Shown here: piece by piece, positions 19,924-29,807 of the stretch
How positions within the stretch are numbered: the first letter of the stretch is position 1
Layout: every line of letters starts with the position of its first letter
Origin: Alphaproteobacteria bacterium 16-39-46
GTDB lineage: Bacteria; Pseudomonadota; Alphaproteobacteria; 16-39-46
Direction of reading: 5' to 3'
DNA: 51,526 bases
Assembly: GCA_002257235.1 (NCBI GenBank)
Contig: NCGZ01000007.1
Span: forward strand, 1-51,526
Position numbers and translations under genes: made by a program
Notes under the pieces: model-generated
Seen by the model: only the letters and a program-made list of their open reading frames with translations
What the model was told of the DNA's origin: nothing
The model's database searches: none

Positions 19924-20191
19924 TATTTTCAACGGCTAAGGATGAAACTGTAAGAAGTGTTCCGGCTAAAAAACGAAGGTGCATTTCAGAGCAGTTTTCT
20001 CAGATCAAAAAAATAGGGGCAAAGATCCTCCCTCCCTCTTTACAAAAAAAATAGTTTAGAGAGGGCTTTTGCTGTTTGTTTTCGTTGTTTTTTTTAGTTA
20101 CCTGTTTTCAACAAGTGACTAACTTCAAGAGAGTCTTTCGTGTGGAAAATTTTCCAAAAGGAGAATCGTTCTAAAGACAGCTTTCTATCTC

Positions 20192-22648
20192 TTAGTCATC
20201 ATAGTAAAGTCCGGCAGGAGGAAGACAAACGATTTTTCTGGGAATAGGGATCTCGCATGAACTACAACGGAGCTCTTCTAAACCATTTCCGATGATCTTA
20301 AATGTAAAATTTGAAAGAAGGCTCCTTACGCCAAATACGGAAAATCCGTGTTTGGATTTGTCATAAGGAGTTCCATCGCTTGCTGTAAATTCTGCAACAC
20401 CTTCAAGAGAATAAAAGAACTTAAACATAGAAGTAATGCTATCGTAAACAATTTGCTGGAGTGGTTTGAAGGGGGCACCTCTTGCTCCCTTTCTGTAAAA
20501 AGACTCTCCTATGGTTAAGGCCTCCCTTCCGCGCTCTAAATTAAGGTCAATAAGAGCGTGCTTCATGGCTTCCAACAAATTTTCATTATGGTTGCTTATC
20601 ATTTGAAATCCGTTTTCAAAGTATCGATGATCTACCTGAGCCATAACAATTCCATATCTCTGAAGAAACCCTAGAGTCTTTCTATCAAATAAATCTTCTT
20701 TAGAAACTGCATCCATATCTATATCACAAAAAGCAGCATAGGAGCCTCTTTCCACTTTAATCATATGGTAAAGAATGATTTGTTTTGATAAATCTATACG
20801 AAAATAAAGTGGTAACTGAGGGGAAAAAACATCTAGGTTCTCTTTGATCAAAGGAATCTCTCTTATATTTCTTAACAATATAGGTGGGAAAGAGCCTGGT
20901 TCTTTTTCAGTAAGTTCCGTCAAAACAGCCCTTGTTTGAGAAATAGAAGCTTCCGTTGTATAATTAAGATCGTACCAAATATTAATTATTGCTCCCCGTG
21001 TATTTATATATCCCCATTGAAGGATAGTTCTCAAATATTGATCAACCAAAGTTTTTTGGTCACACGCAGGGAAAATATATTGTCCAAATTGGCTTGTTCC
21101 TCTCTTTATCCAGAGGAAATTTAGAGAATACTGGTGAGGGTCTAATTGCTGAGAAGAACACAAAGCAATAGAACTCAATTCTGGATATTGCGATAAGTCT
21201 TGTATAGCACGACTTTTTATTTGATAAAGATTTGGATAATGTCCATGCTTTACCCCTTGTGCAATATGATTTAAAATAACGGGTATGAGCTCTTGTGTAG
21301 AAAGGGCATCAAAATCAATTCGTTCTAAGTAGGGGAAGCGTGTTTGAGCAAATCTCTTTTCTAAAGAAGATGGATCTGGGTTTTCTGAGGAGTAAATAGA
21401 ACCCTTCTTTAAGAGGTGTAAAGAAATACTATTATCTCTAAAAAGAGCAGTTGAGGGGATATCCGTACTTTCCAGAAAAAGACACACTGATGATGGATTC
21501 CATAAAGAATTCCATTGAATGGGAGATCTATAAATACTTCCATCCCGATGATAAGCTGGAAAGCTTACACGGGGGGTAAAGCCATAATCCAAAAGGGCTC
21601 CCTTTTCTTTCGTTGAAAAAGGGACTCGAACTATGAGTTCGAAGTTATTTCCTGTAAAGGTTCTTTTAAGAGCATCTCCAGAATAAATAATATTATCTCC
21701 CAAAGAGAGAGAGACATTTCCCATGGCATTATAGAGGTCTTTTCGAGGCAGAAAATAAGCACGAAGGTTTTGTTGCGGAGGAATAGGGAATGTCTGTACA
21801 ACTTCTCCTAATTTTAAATGCATTGAAAACACATTGAAAGGAAAAAAATTATCATTTCCTATAACAAGAGCAAAAGGCTTAATATCCCTATATGCCATCT
21901 CAAAGCGAGAGATATCATCGGCCCCAAGAGTCTTTCGAACAGCTTCAAAACCAGAAATTAAAAGAGGATCTAGGCTTTTTGGATTGAGGACAATTTTTTC
22001 AAGAAACTTCATGTCTGCGGTTTGTTCATTTTCTCCTTCATATTCTCTTTCTTTTTCCAGATCCTCTCCTTCCATTATGATTGTTAAACTCTCTCCTCTT
22101 GCACCCTTCATGTCAGTTATGGCAAAAGCTGCCTGTACCAAATTTTTAAAGATATAAAGGTATCGATCGGCGTAGGTTGGATCATTCGGATCTCGAGACT
22201 CTTTAATTCCTTGAAGTGTCGCTTGTAAATATTTTACTGAAGAAACCATGTTTGCTGATGGATAGAGAACGGCCTCTAGGAAGGCCTCTGTAATAAGAAG
22301 CAGGTGATCTTCGGAATCAACTGATCTGAAATCGAAACAAGAAAATTGCTCATGGCGGCCCAAAAGGATAAATCCTAAGATCTCTTCGGATTTTACTCTA
22401 AGAGACTCTTTAAGGGGTGTCATTTTAATCTCAGGTCCAGAATCTTGGTATTCCCAGAGAGTTTGTCGGTAAGAAGATCTAAGACTCTCTAAATTTCTAA
22501 AAGCTTCTTCTTCTGGATTTGCATGAGACACGAAAATATTGGCGCTTAATAGATTAAAGAAAATAAGAAGAATGACAAAAGAAATTGTCTTCCCTTTGAA
22601 TAAATTTATAAAGCGTATTTTTAAATTATTTTGAATATGTTGAAACAT
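20192..22648 (-). CDS. Large exported protein with a C-terminal GT-A/DxD glycosyltransferase-like domain
   Basis: 818-aa ORF with hydrophobic N-terminus; LNFLWI, INIWYD, FRIDLSK, GSYAAFCDID, ENGF. Function is inferred. Confidence 0.55.
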   Translation of the reverse strand: MFQHIQNNLKIRFINLFKGKTISFVILLIFFNLLSANIFVSHANPEEEAFRNLESLRSSYRQTLWEYQDSGPEIKMTPLKESLRVKSEEILGFILLGRHEQFSCFDFRSVDSEDHLLLITEAFLEAVLYPSANMVSSVKYLQATLQGIKESRDPNDPTYADRYLYIFKNLVQAAFAITDMKGARGESLTIIMEGEDLEKEREYEGENEQTADMKFLEKIVLNPKSLDPLLISGFEAVRKTLGADDISRFEMAYRDIKPFALVIGNDNFFPFNVFSMHLKLGEVVQTFPIPPQQNLRAYFLPRKDLYNAMGNVSLSLGDNIIYSGDALKRTFTGNNFELIVRVPFSTKEKGALLDYGFTPRVSFPAYHRDGSIYRSPIQWNSLWNPSSVCLFLESTDIPSTALFRDNSISLHLLKKGSIYSSENPDPSSLEKRFAQTRFPYLERIDFDALSTQELIPVILNHIAQGVKHGHYPNLYQIKSRAIQDLSQYPELSSIALCSSQQLDPHQYSLNFLWIKRGTSQFGQYIFPACDQKTLVDQYLRTILQWGYINTRGAIINIWYDLNYTTEASISQTRAVLTELTEKEPGSFPPILLRNIREIPLIKENLDVFSPQLPLYFRIDLSKQIILYHMIKVERGSYAAFCDIDMDAVSKEDLFDRKTLGFLQRYGIVMAQVDHRYFENGFQMISNHNENLLEAMKHALIDLNLERGREALTIGESFYRKGARGAPFKPLQQIVYDSITSMFKFFYSLEGVAEFTASDGTPYDKSKHGFSVFGVRSLLSNFTFKIIGNGLEELRCSSCEIPIPRKIVCLPPAGLYYDD

Positions 22649-22859
22649 TTTATGGAAATACCTTCTATAATTTCTTTAAATATAATTAACAGTCTAATAT
22701 GTCTACATAATAGAAATAGGTATTATTTTAATAAAAATCAAGGGTACATTTTTTTTAAATGGATGATGTGCATATGAAATGAGAACAATCAGTATATTCT
22801 CGAATAGATAAAAATATAATAAATATTTTTTATATAAAATTAAATATATATTTTTAAAA

Positions 22860-24242
22860 TTAAATTTTTGTACTATACTTTAACGATCGAATATAGTTAT
22901 TTTTCTTTTCTTGAGAAGAAAATGTTTTCCATTTTTTTGAAATGGAATCCGAAAGAGATTCATTTCGGTCAAGAACCTGGAAGAGAGGTTCTAGAAAACA
23001 ACTTTCATCTTTTCCATTAGAAATGCAGATATTTCGACGTTTAAGTCCTTCTTGTGATATTTCTAAACACGTGGCGAGAAGATATTTCAGCGGCTTTCCT
23101 CGAAATTGAGTGTGAATCCCAGTTTTTGGGGTCTCTTTCCTTAAAAAGGATCTCTCTTCTTGGCTGAGGGCGCCCACTATGTCTTTAATTTGAGTTAAGC
23201 TTTGAGGATCATAGAAGAGACCTGCCCAAAGCGCTGCAAGCGCGTAGCCAAATTCAAGGGGTCCAGAATCAGCGCCCCGCATTTCAAGATAAGTTTTGAG
23301 CCGAACATCAGGAAAAACAGTGCTGATATGTAGCTCCCAGTCAGTTATTGTGGGAAATTTTCCGGGCAAACTTTTTAAATTTCCTCTCATAAAATCCCGA
23401 AATGTCTGAGGGGCGGCAGGGATATATTTTCCATTTCGGTAAATAAAATAGAGCGGGATATCTAAAAGATACTCGATATATCGCTCAAACCCCATTCTAT
23501 CATCGAAGACAAATTCGAGCCCCCCTGTCCGCGCGTCATCTGTGTGTTGCCAGACATAAGAGCGATAGCTTTGAAAAGGGAGAATTTGACGTTCCCTCAG
23601 AACTGAGGAGGCAAAAAAGGTTGAGATAAGAGGCTGCAAGGCAAGTCCGATTCGGAATTTTTCACACATATCTTGTTCAGAGGTATAGTCAAGAGAGACC
23701 TGAAAGCTTGCTGTGCGTGTCATCATGTCAAGACCGAGAGAGCCTTTTTGGGGCATATAATCACGCATGAGAAGATAGCGTTCTTTTGGCATCCAAGGAA
23801 TGTCCTCAAAATTGGAAAGAGGGTCAAATCCAAGACCGAGAAGCAAAAGATTTTTTTGGGAGGCTAGGGGAAGTACTGTTAAAAGATAACGCTGATGCTC
23901 CTCTTTAAGAGCAAAGACATTTGAATGAGGGGAGGAAGAGAACTCTAATTGCCCCCCGGGCTCAAGAGTGAGGAGAACCCCTTCTTTCTTCAGTCCAATA
24001 AGGGCTGTATTTTCGTAAATACCCTCCCATCCGACAGTGAGAAAATCTTTAAAAAGAGCAGAGAGCCCATTTTCTGTACCATAAGGGACGCGCTGCAGAG
24101 AATTTGCCTCAAAAACAAATTTCTCATGTTCCAGCCCAACCCGGAGGGATGAAAGGGTCTTTTTCCCTTTCTCAAAATAGTCCTTGAGCTCTGAGGGTCT
24201 GGTTAAAAAGAGAAGAGGAGAGGTCTCTCGGAAAGAAGACAT
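22860..24242 (-). CDS. gshA: Glutamate-cysteine ligase (GCS2/plant-type)
   Basis: GLEHEKF, TLEPGGQLE, WMPKERY, MMTRTA..QV.LDY, FPDVRLK.YLEMRGAD. Confidence 0.95.
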   Translation of the reverse strand: MSSFRETSPLLFLTRPSELKDYFEKGKKTLSSLRVGLEHEKFVFEANSLQRVPYGTENGLSALFKDFLTVGWEGIYENTALIGLKKEGVLLTLEPGGQLEFSSSPHSNVFALKEEHQRYLLTVLPLASQKNLLLLGLGFDPLSNFEDIPWMPKERYLLMRDYMPQKGSLGLDMMTRTASFQVSLDYTSEQDMCEKFRIGLALQPLISTFFASSVLRERQILPFQSYRSYVWQHTDDARTGGLEFVFDDRMGFERYIEYLLDIPLYFIYRNGKYIPAAPQTFRDFMRGNLKSLPGKFPTITDWELHISTVFPDVRLKTYLEMRGADSGPLEFGYALAALWAGLFYDPQSLTQIKDIVGALSQEERSFLRKETPKTGIHTQFRGKPLKYLLATCLEISQEGLKRRNICISNGKDESCFLEPLFQVLDRNESLSDSISKKWKTFSSQEKKNNYIRSLKYSTKI

Positions 24243-24261
24243 TGGTTTTTAAATAAGAAAG

Positions 24262-24999
24262 TTATGCTCCTTTTTGAGTCGAGGCCATAAAAAGACACAA
24301 AGACATGATCGCTGCTGTTTCTGATCTTAAAATTTGAGCTCCAAGACTGACTGGCTTCACAAAAGATTTTGATTTTAAGAGTTCTTTTTCTTCCACAGAA
24401 AATCCTCCCTCAGGTCCCACAAGAAAAGAGCATCCTCTTGGTTCTTTTTTAAGGGCCTCCCAAAGAGGGAGAGCATCTGCTGCGCGTTCCTCACAAAAGA
24501 AAAGAGCCTCGGAAGGGGACCACTTTTCAAGCATGTCTTCAAGGCTCATGCTTTCATGAACATTTGGTATGCCTAAGCGTTCACATTGCTCTACAGCTTC
24601 AATAGCGCGTGCTTCTATGCGCTCGAGGTTAATGTAAGAGGGGACCGTATGTTTTGTAAAAATGGGAATAAAGTCTGAAACCCCCAGCTCTGTTGCTTTT
24701 TCGACTAAAAAGCCAAGACGCTCCCCCTTTAAAGGAGCGAATAAGAGATTGAGAGTGGTTGTTTTGGGTTGGGGATGCGTTTGTTTTTTAATGGTAAGAT
24801 GAACGATGCGTTTCTGAATTTCAGAAATCTGTGCTAAAAATTCTCCATCTTCCCCGTTGAAAATAAGAAAACTTTGTCCCACGCTGAGGCGCATGACATT
24901 GAGAAGGTAGTGACTTTGTCGCGGGGTTAAGAAAACACGATCGTTTTCCTTGAGAGGGGTTGCAATAAAAAGGCGAATGCTGTGTGTCTGATCGTTCAT
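24262..24999 (-). CDS. rsmE: 16S rRNA m3U1498 methyltransferase
   Basis: HYLLNVMR, EKATELGV, EAVEQCER, VGPEGGF, LG..ILRSETA. Confidence 0.95.
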   Translation of the reverse strand: MNDQTHSIRLFIATPLKENDRVFLTPRQSHYLLNVMRLSVGQSFLIFNGEDGEFLAQISEIQKRIVHLTIKKQTHPQPKTTTLNLLFAPLKGERLGFLVEKATELGVSDFIPIFTKHTVPSYINLERIEARAIEAVEQCERLGIPNVHESMSLEDMLEKWSPSEALFFCEERAADALPLWEALKKEPRGCSFLVGPEGGFSVEEKELLKSKSFVKPVSLGAQILRSETAAIMSLCLFMASTQKGA

Positions 25000-25229
25000 A
25001 AAGTTACCCTTCCTCAGGTTATTTTAAATATTATAGCGCTTGATTAACACCATGAGAGACCTTAACATCCCTCTTGGTGAAACTTCCAAAATTCACGAAT
25101 CCCTACCCTCTCGCGTATTGTAAAAAGGAGGGATCTATCACGAGAGACGTTTAGGAGACCAAAATTTTTAACGTAAGGTCTTATCATTATTAATTTATTT
25201 TTCAAACTTAAAAGAGTCTACTTGAAAAA

Positions 25230-26165
25230 ATGATTCAAAAACAACCAGAAAATGAAAAAAATAGATTTGAATCTTCAGATATTCCTCTGAAGAGGCTCTC
25301 AAGAGTCCCTTTGTTTTGGAGATCAAAGATTCTCCTCATGCGTCTCGACAGACCTGTTGGTATCTTTCTTCCTCTTTTTTCTGCCTTTTTAGGGCTTTTT
25401 GGAAGCGCTTTTCCACATTTTCCAAAGATGTCGGATATCTTTCTCTTTGGTCTTGGGGCGCTGGTGATGCGCGGAGTTGCCTGTATTTTAAATGATATCT
25501 GTGACCGAAATTTTGATGCAAAAGTAAAAAGAACACAAATGAGACCCCTTGCTTCAAAAAGCACCTCTCTCCTCTCCGCTATGGTGTTGCTTCTTTTTTT
25601 ATTGGGGGGTGGATTTTTCATTTTGATTCAATTTAATCGTGAGACTATTTATATAGGATGTCTTTTGGTTCTTTTAAGCGGGCTCTATCCTTTGATGAAA
25701 CGCATTACATATTGGCCTCAAATCTTTTTAGGAATAACATTTAATGCAGGTGTTTTGATGGGATGGACATCCCAAGGGAAAAATTTAGATTTAACTTGTT
25801 TTATTCTCTACGGAGGCACTGTTTTATGGACGATTGGGTATGATACAATTTATGCATTTCAGGATATGGATGATGATCTTTTGATTGGTGTTAAATCGTC
25901 GGCTTTAAGAGTAAAAAACCAAGCAAAAACGTTCTTGATAAGCATTTACATAGGAAGTTTAGGACTTTTTTGTTGGTTTGGAGAAAGGTTAAATCTTAAC
26001 TTTTTTTATAAAGGAGCTTGTTTTCTCGTGGGACTCCATTTTTTAGGGCAAGTGCTAACACTTGATATAAATGATGCGCCGGCGTGTTTAAAAAAATTTA
26101 AATCAAACGTGTGGGTAGGTCTTATTCTTTTTTTGGGTCTTGTCCTCAACACTTTAATGAGATAA
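25230..26165 (+). CDS. ubiA: 4-hydroxybenzoate polyprenyltransferase
   Basis: LMRLDRPVG, ND.CDR.FD..V.RT..RPLAS, YPLMKR.TYWPQ, YDTIYAFQD..DD. Confidence 0.93.
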   Translation: MIQKQPENEKNRFESSDIPLKRLSRVPLFWRSKILLMRLDRPVGIFLPLFSAFLGLFGSAFPHFPKMSDIFLFGLGALVMRGVACILNDICDRNFDAKVKRTQMRPLASKSTSLLSAMVLLLFLLGGGFFILIQFNRETIYIGCLLVLLSGLYPLMKRITYWPQIFLGITFNAGVLMGWTSQGKNLDLTCFILYGGTVLWTIGYDTIYAFQDMDDDLLIGVKSSALRVKNQAKTFLISIYIGSLGLFCWFGERLNLNFFYKGACFLVGLHFLGQVLTLDINDAPACLKKFKSNVWVGLILFLGLVLNTLMR

Positions 26166-26244
26166 TTCGTTAAGGGAGATTCTTTCTAAATAAGGAAAGA
26201 AAGAACTGATATATAACCTATTGACCTAATAAAGAGTTTATCCA

Positions 26245-27597
26245 ATGAATCCGAATTTGTCTTCTTCTGCCATTCAGTCTTTGCTTCAAGAAACACTTGA
26301 AAGTTCTTTAAAACGAGGGGCTGATGGCGCGGATGTTCTTTATGTTCAAGGAACATCTCTCAGTCTTTCTTGTCGTAATCAGACCATCGAAGAACTTGAA
26401 AGATCCGAAGGCGTAGATCTTGGGTTGAGGGTTTTTAAGGGGAAAAGACAGGCCATTGTTTCAACCAGTAATCTTTCAAAGGAGTCGATTATAGGCCTTG
26501 TGGATCGTGCGCTTGCAATGGCAGAACTGGTTCCAGAAGATCCCTTCTGCGGGCTTGCTTCAAAAGAAGATCTTGCCCAAACTTATGGAAATTATGAATC
26601 GAGTGATCCTCTTGAAGATACAGAGGAGACACTTGTGTCAGAAGCATTGGTCTGTGAACGTGCGGCTTTAGCTGTCAAGGGAGTCTCTAAATCAGAAGGT
26701 GTTGAGGCTTCTTGGGGAAAAAGTCTTGTTACTTTGGCGACAAGCACGAATTTTTATGGGTCTTATCAAGATTCTAGCCGATCCCTTTCTGCGGCGATGA
26801 TTGCTGAAAAAAATGGAAAAATGGAGAGGGACTATGCTTTTACGTGTGCTATTTATCGAGAAGATATGACCCTTCCCGAAACAGTGGGCAAAGAAGCCGG
26901 AGAAAGAACGGTGAAGAGGCTTTCCCCAAAGAAGATTCAGTCAACAAAACTTCCTATTGTCTATGATCCCCGTGTCGGATCAAGCCTATTAGGACATTTG
27001 GCGAGTGCCATTAATGGTGCGAGCATTGCGAGAGGAACAAGTTTTTTAAAAGATAAACTCAACAAGCAGCTCTTTTCCGAAAAGATGATAATTTTAGATG
27101 ATCCTCATATTAAGAGGGGACTCAGGTCGAGAGGCTTTGATGTGGAGGGAATTGCCACGCGTCCCTTAGCCGTCATTGAAGACGGTATTCTAAAAACATG
27201 GATTTTAGATTTAAGGACAGCCCGTCAGTTAAATTTAAAAACTACGGGACATGCAAGTCGAGGGACAGGGGGCATTCCTCATCCTTCTGTGAGCAACTTT
27301 TATATGAAAGCGGGTGTCCTCACGCCTCACGATCTTATTAAAAGTCTTCCGAAAGGTCTCTATGTCACAGAGCTTATGGGATCTAGTGTAAATTTGGTCA
27401 CAGGGGATTACAGCCGAGGCGCTATTGGATTTATGATTGAAAATGGTGAAATAACTTATCCTGTGAGCGAAGTTACAATCGCTGGAAATTTAGGAGATAT
27501 GTTTCTGAACTTGACACCGTGTAACGATTTGATCCACCAGTATGGCATTGATGTGCCAACGTTAATGATTGAGGGGATGACAATTGCAGGAAGTTAA
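26245..27597 (+). CDS. pmbA: TldE/PmbA metalloprotease subunit
   Basis: MERDY, ARGTSFL, FD.EG, TGHA, GDYSRGA.GF.IENGEI.YPV.E.TIAGNL. Confidence 0.9.
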   Translation: MNPNLSSSAIQSLLQETLESSLKRGADGADVLYVQGTSLSLSCRNQTIEELERSEGVDLGLRVFKGKRQAIVSTSNLSKESIIGLVDRALAMAELVPEDPFCGLASKEDLAQTYGNYESSDPLEDTEETLVSEALVCERAALAVKGVSKSEGVEASWGKSLVTLATSTNFYGSYQDSSRSLSAAMIAEKNGKMERDYAFTCAIYREDMTLPETVGKEAGERTVKRLSPKKIQSTKLPIVYDPRVGSSLLGHLASAINGASIARGTSFLKDKLNKQLFSEKMIILDDPHIKRGLRSRGFDVEGIATRPLAVIEDGILKTWILDLRTARQLNLKTTGHASRGTGGIPHPSVSNFYMKAGVLTPHDLIKSLPKGLYVTELMGSSVNLVTGDYSRGAIGFMIENGEITYPVSEVTIAGNLGDMFLNLTPCNDLIHQYGIDVPTLMIEGMTIAGS

Positions 27598-27838
27598 AAG
27601 AAGCGCATTAACTCAAAAGAGTTTTCTTATTTTTGGAGCCTGTTTGGTGATGATTGGAACACAAGGGTGTGGCAAAAAAGGACCCTTAGACCCGCCAGTA
27701 GGTGAGGTGAGTACGTATCCGGCTCCCTATCCTCAATATGCCGATGGCCCGGATGAAGAAGAAGTTCTTGGAAGCCTGGATGATCAGGGTCTCGAAAACT
27801 GGCCAGAACAGCCGTTGCTAAAGAAAGAAGCTGTTTAA
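27584..27838 (+). CDS. Small lipoprotein (LptM/YifL-like)
   Basis: Lipobox followed by CGKKGPL.PP. Confidence 0.7.
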   Translation: MQEVKRSALTQKSFLIFGACLVMIGTQGCGKKGPLDPPVGEVSTYPAPYPQYADGPDEEEVLGSLDDQGLENWPEQPLLKKEAV

Positions 27839-27930
27839 TCTAATATTTTTCAATTGAATCCCCAAATTTTAGGATGTAAAAAAACAAAAGAGTTATGATA
27901 TACTTTGTTCCTAATATTAAGGATTAAAAG

Positions 27931-29712
27931 ATGACAGAATTCCACAATAAGCCCTACACCATAAATATTGGCACAGACGATTTTAAAGAAATGGCAGCAG
28001 GCAATGACTTGTTTGTCGATAAGACGTCTTTTATTTCTACGCTTCTGGGGGGGGGGTATAAGGTGACTCTCATCACGCGTCCACGTCGGTGGGGCAAGAC
28101 TCTTAATATGACAATGCTTCAGTATTTTTTTTGCGTTCCCGTTAAAAGTAATGGAGATATCGATGAGGAAGAGCAATCAAAAAGGCGGGATATTTTCTCA
28201 AAATTAAAGATTGGGGAGCATCTCGATATCTTAGAAAATTATCTTGGAAAATTTCCGGTGATTTTTGTGTCCTTTAAAGAAATTAAAGGAAATGTCTATG
28301 AGGCAACCGAAATGGATGTCCGAGAGCTTATTTATGGGCTTTATGAGACGCATGAATATCTTCTTTATAGTGATAAGCTTTCAGAGTGGCAAAAAGATCT
28401 TTTTAAAAAATTTATGACAAAATCGTTTGATCTTGCTGAATTAAAAAATAGCCTTTTCCATCTCAGCAAGATGCTCTATGCGCATTTTGGTCAAAAGGTT
28501 TTTATCTTGATCGATGAATATGATACCCCGTTGAATGATTGGTACGCCCTTCAATTGGCACGCGAGACTCTTTCCTCTGCAGAGGATACCTACTTTCAGA
28601 ATGTTTTAGGTCTTTTTAGAGGGATTTTCAGCAGCACTCTTAAAGGAAACGACTTCCTTGAAAAGGGCGTTGTGACAGGAATTTTGCGTGTTGCGAAAGC
28701 AAGTCTTTTCTCGGGGCTCAATAATTTTGGAGAGGATTCGATCTTAGATGACGATTATGCAGAACATTTTGGATTTACAGAGGGGGAAGTGAATACTTTG
28801 CTCCATAAATCCAACATAGACAAAAACCCAGAAACAGCTCTCGCTCTAAAATCTTGGTATAATGGATATAATATTGGCGGTCTTACGATCTACAACCCCT
28901 GGTCCATTATGAACTGTATTCAAAATCGGGGGAAGTTTAAAGCCTATTGGGTTGGAACGGCGAGCACAGCTCTTATCGAACAGGCCCTTGTTCTTGATAA
29001 GTTTCAGGAAGAAATGCAGACTCTTATTGAAGGGGGAAGTGTTGATATGATTGCGGATCCTAAAATGATTTTTGCAGATATTAAATCATCTCCCAATGCG
29101 CTTTATAATCTCTTACTCTTTTCGGGCTATTTAACGGCGATAAAAGCAAAGCTCGCGATGGATGGGATAACCTATCTCTGCAGTGTCAAAATCCCCAACT
29201 ATGAAGTTCGAGGGGTCTTTATGACGTCGCTTGTTCAGTGGATTGAAAACAAGTTTAAAACAGACGCGCGCGGGTATAGAGCCTTTGTGACGGATCTCCT
29301 TTCAGGCGACGTTCTAAAATTTATAGAAACCCTTAAATCTTACCTCGAAGTTTCAGCAAGCTATTTTGATTCAGGAAAATATGCGGAACTTTTATATAAT
29401 GGATTTATGTGGGGTCTTTTTGCAAGTAGCGTGAACGAGGATTACTTTGTTGAAAAGGAACGTGAAACCGGATCCGGGCGTGCCGATCTTCTCATTATTC
29501 CGAAAGAAACAGCACCTTTCCCGTTTGCTCTTATTTTAGAGTATAAAATTGCAAACAAAACAGAAGATTTACAAACGGTTGCGCAATCTGCGCTCGATCA
29601 AATAGAGTCAAAAGAGTATTCTTCTAAAATTAAGGCGTATAAAAACGTCGAAAAAATTATCCGTGTTGGCCTTGCGTTCTCAGGGAAAGATGTTGCGGTG
29701 GCTTTTAATTAA
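27931..29712 (+). CDS. AAA-ATPase-like plus PD-(D/E)XK nuclease (PDDEXK_9 type), paralog 2
   Basis: TRPRRWGKT, ILIDEYD, ERETGSGRADL...LEYK; collinear with 11211..12989. Confidence 0.9.
   Translation: MTEFHNKPYTINIGTDDFKEMAAGNDLFVDKTSFISTLLGGGYKVTLITRPRRWGKTLNMTMLQYFFCVPVKSNGDIDEEEQSKRRDIFSKLKIGEHLDILENYLGKFPVIFVSFKEIKGNVYEATEMDVRELIYGLYETHEYLLYSDKLSEWQKDLFKKFMTKSFDLAELKNSLFHLSKMLYAHFGQKVFILIDEYDTPLNDWYALQLARETLSSAEDTYFQNVLGLFRGIFSSTLKGNDFLEKGVVTGILRVAKASLFSGLNNFGEDSILDDDYAEHFGFTEGEVNTLLHKSNIDKNPETALALKSWYNGYNIGGLTIYNPWSIMNCIQNRGKFKAYWVGTASTALIEQALVLDKFQEEMQTLIEGGSVDMIADPKMIFADIKSSPNALYNLLLFSGYLTAIKAKLAMDGITYLCSVKIPNYEVRGVFMTSLVQWIENKFKTDARGYRAFVTDLLSGDVLKFIETLKSYLEVSASYFDSGKYAELLYNGFMWGLFASSVNEDYFVEKERETGSGRADLLIIPKETAPFPFALILEYKIANKTEDLQTVAQSALDQIESKEYSSKIKAYKNVEKIIRVGLAFSGKDVAVAFN
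28047..28056 (+). repeat. G10 homopolymer in the 5' coding region of the ATPase-nuclease
   Basis: cttctGGGGGGGGGGtataag. Confidence 0.9.
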
Positions 29713-29807
29713 AGCAATTTTTGACCCCTCCAAAAGCTTCTCATTTAAAGATTTAAGAGATTGAGCTTGTAACCCTGAGCGGGAAGAAATTATGAGGATA
29801 TCACTAA

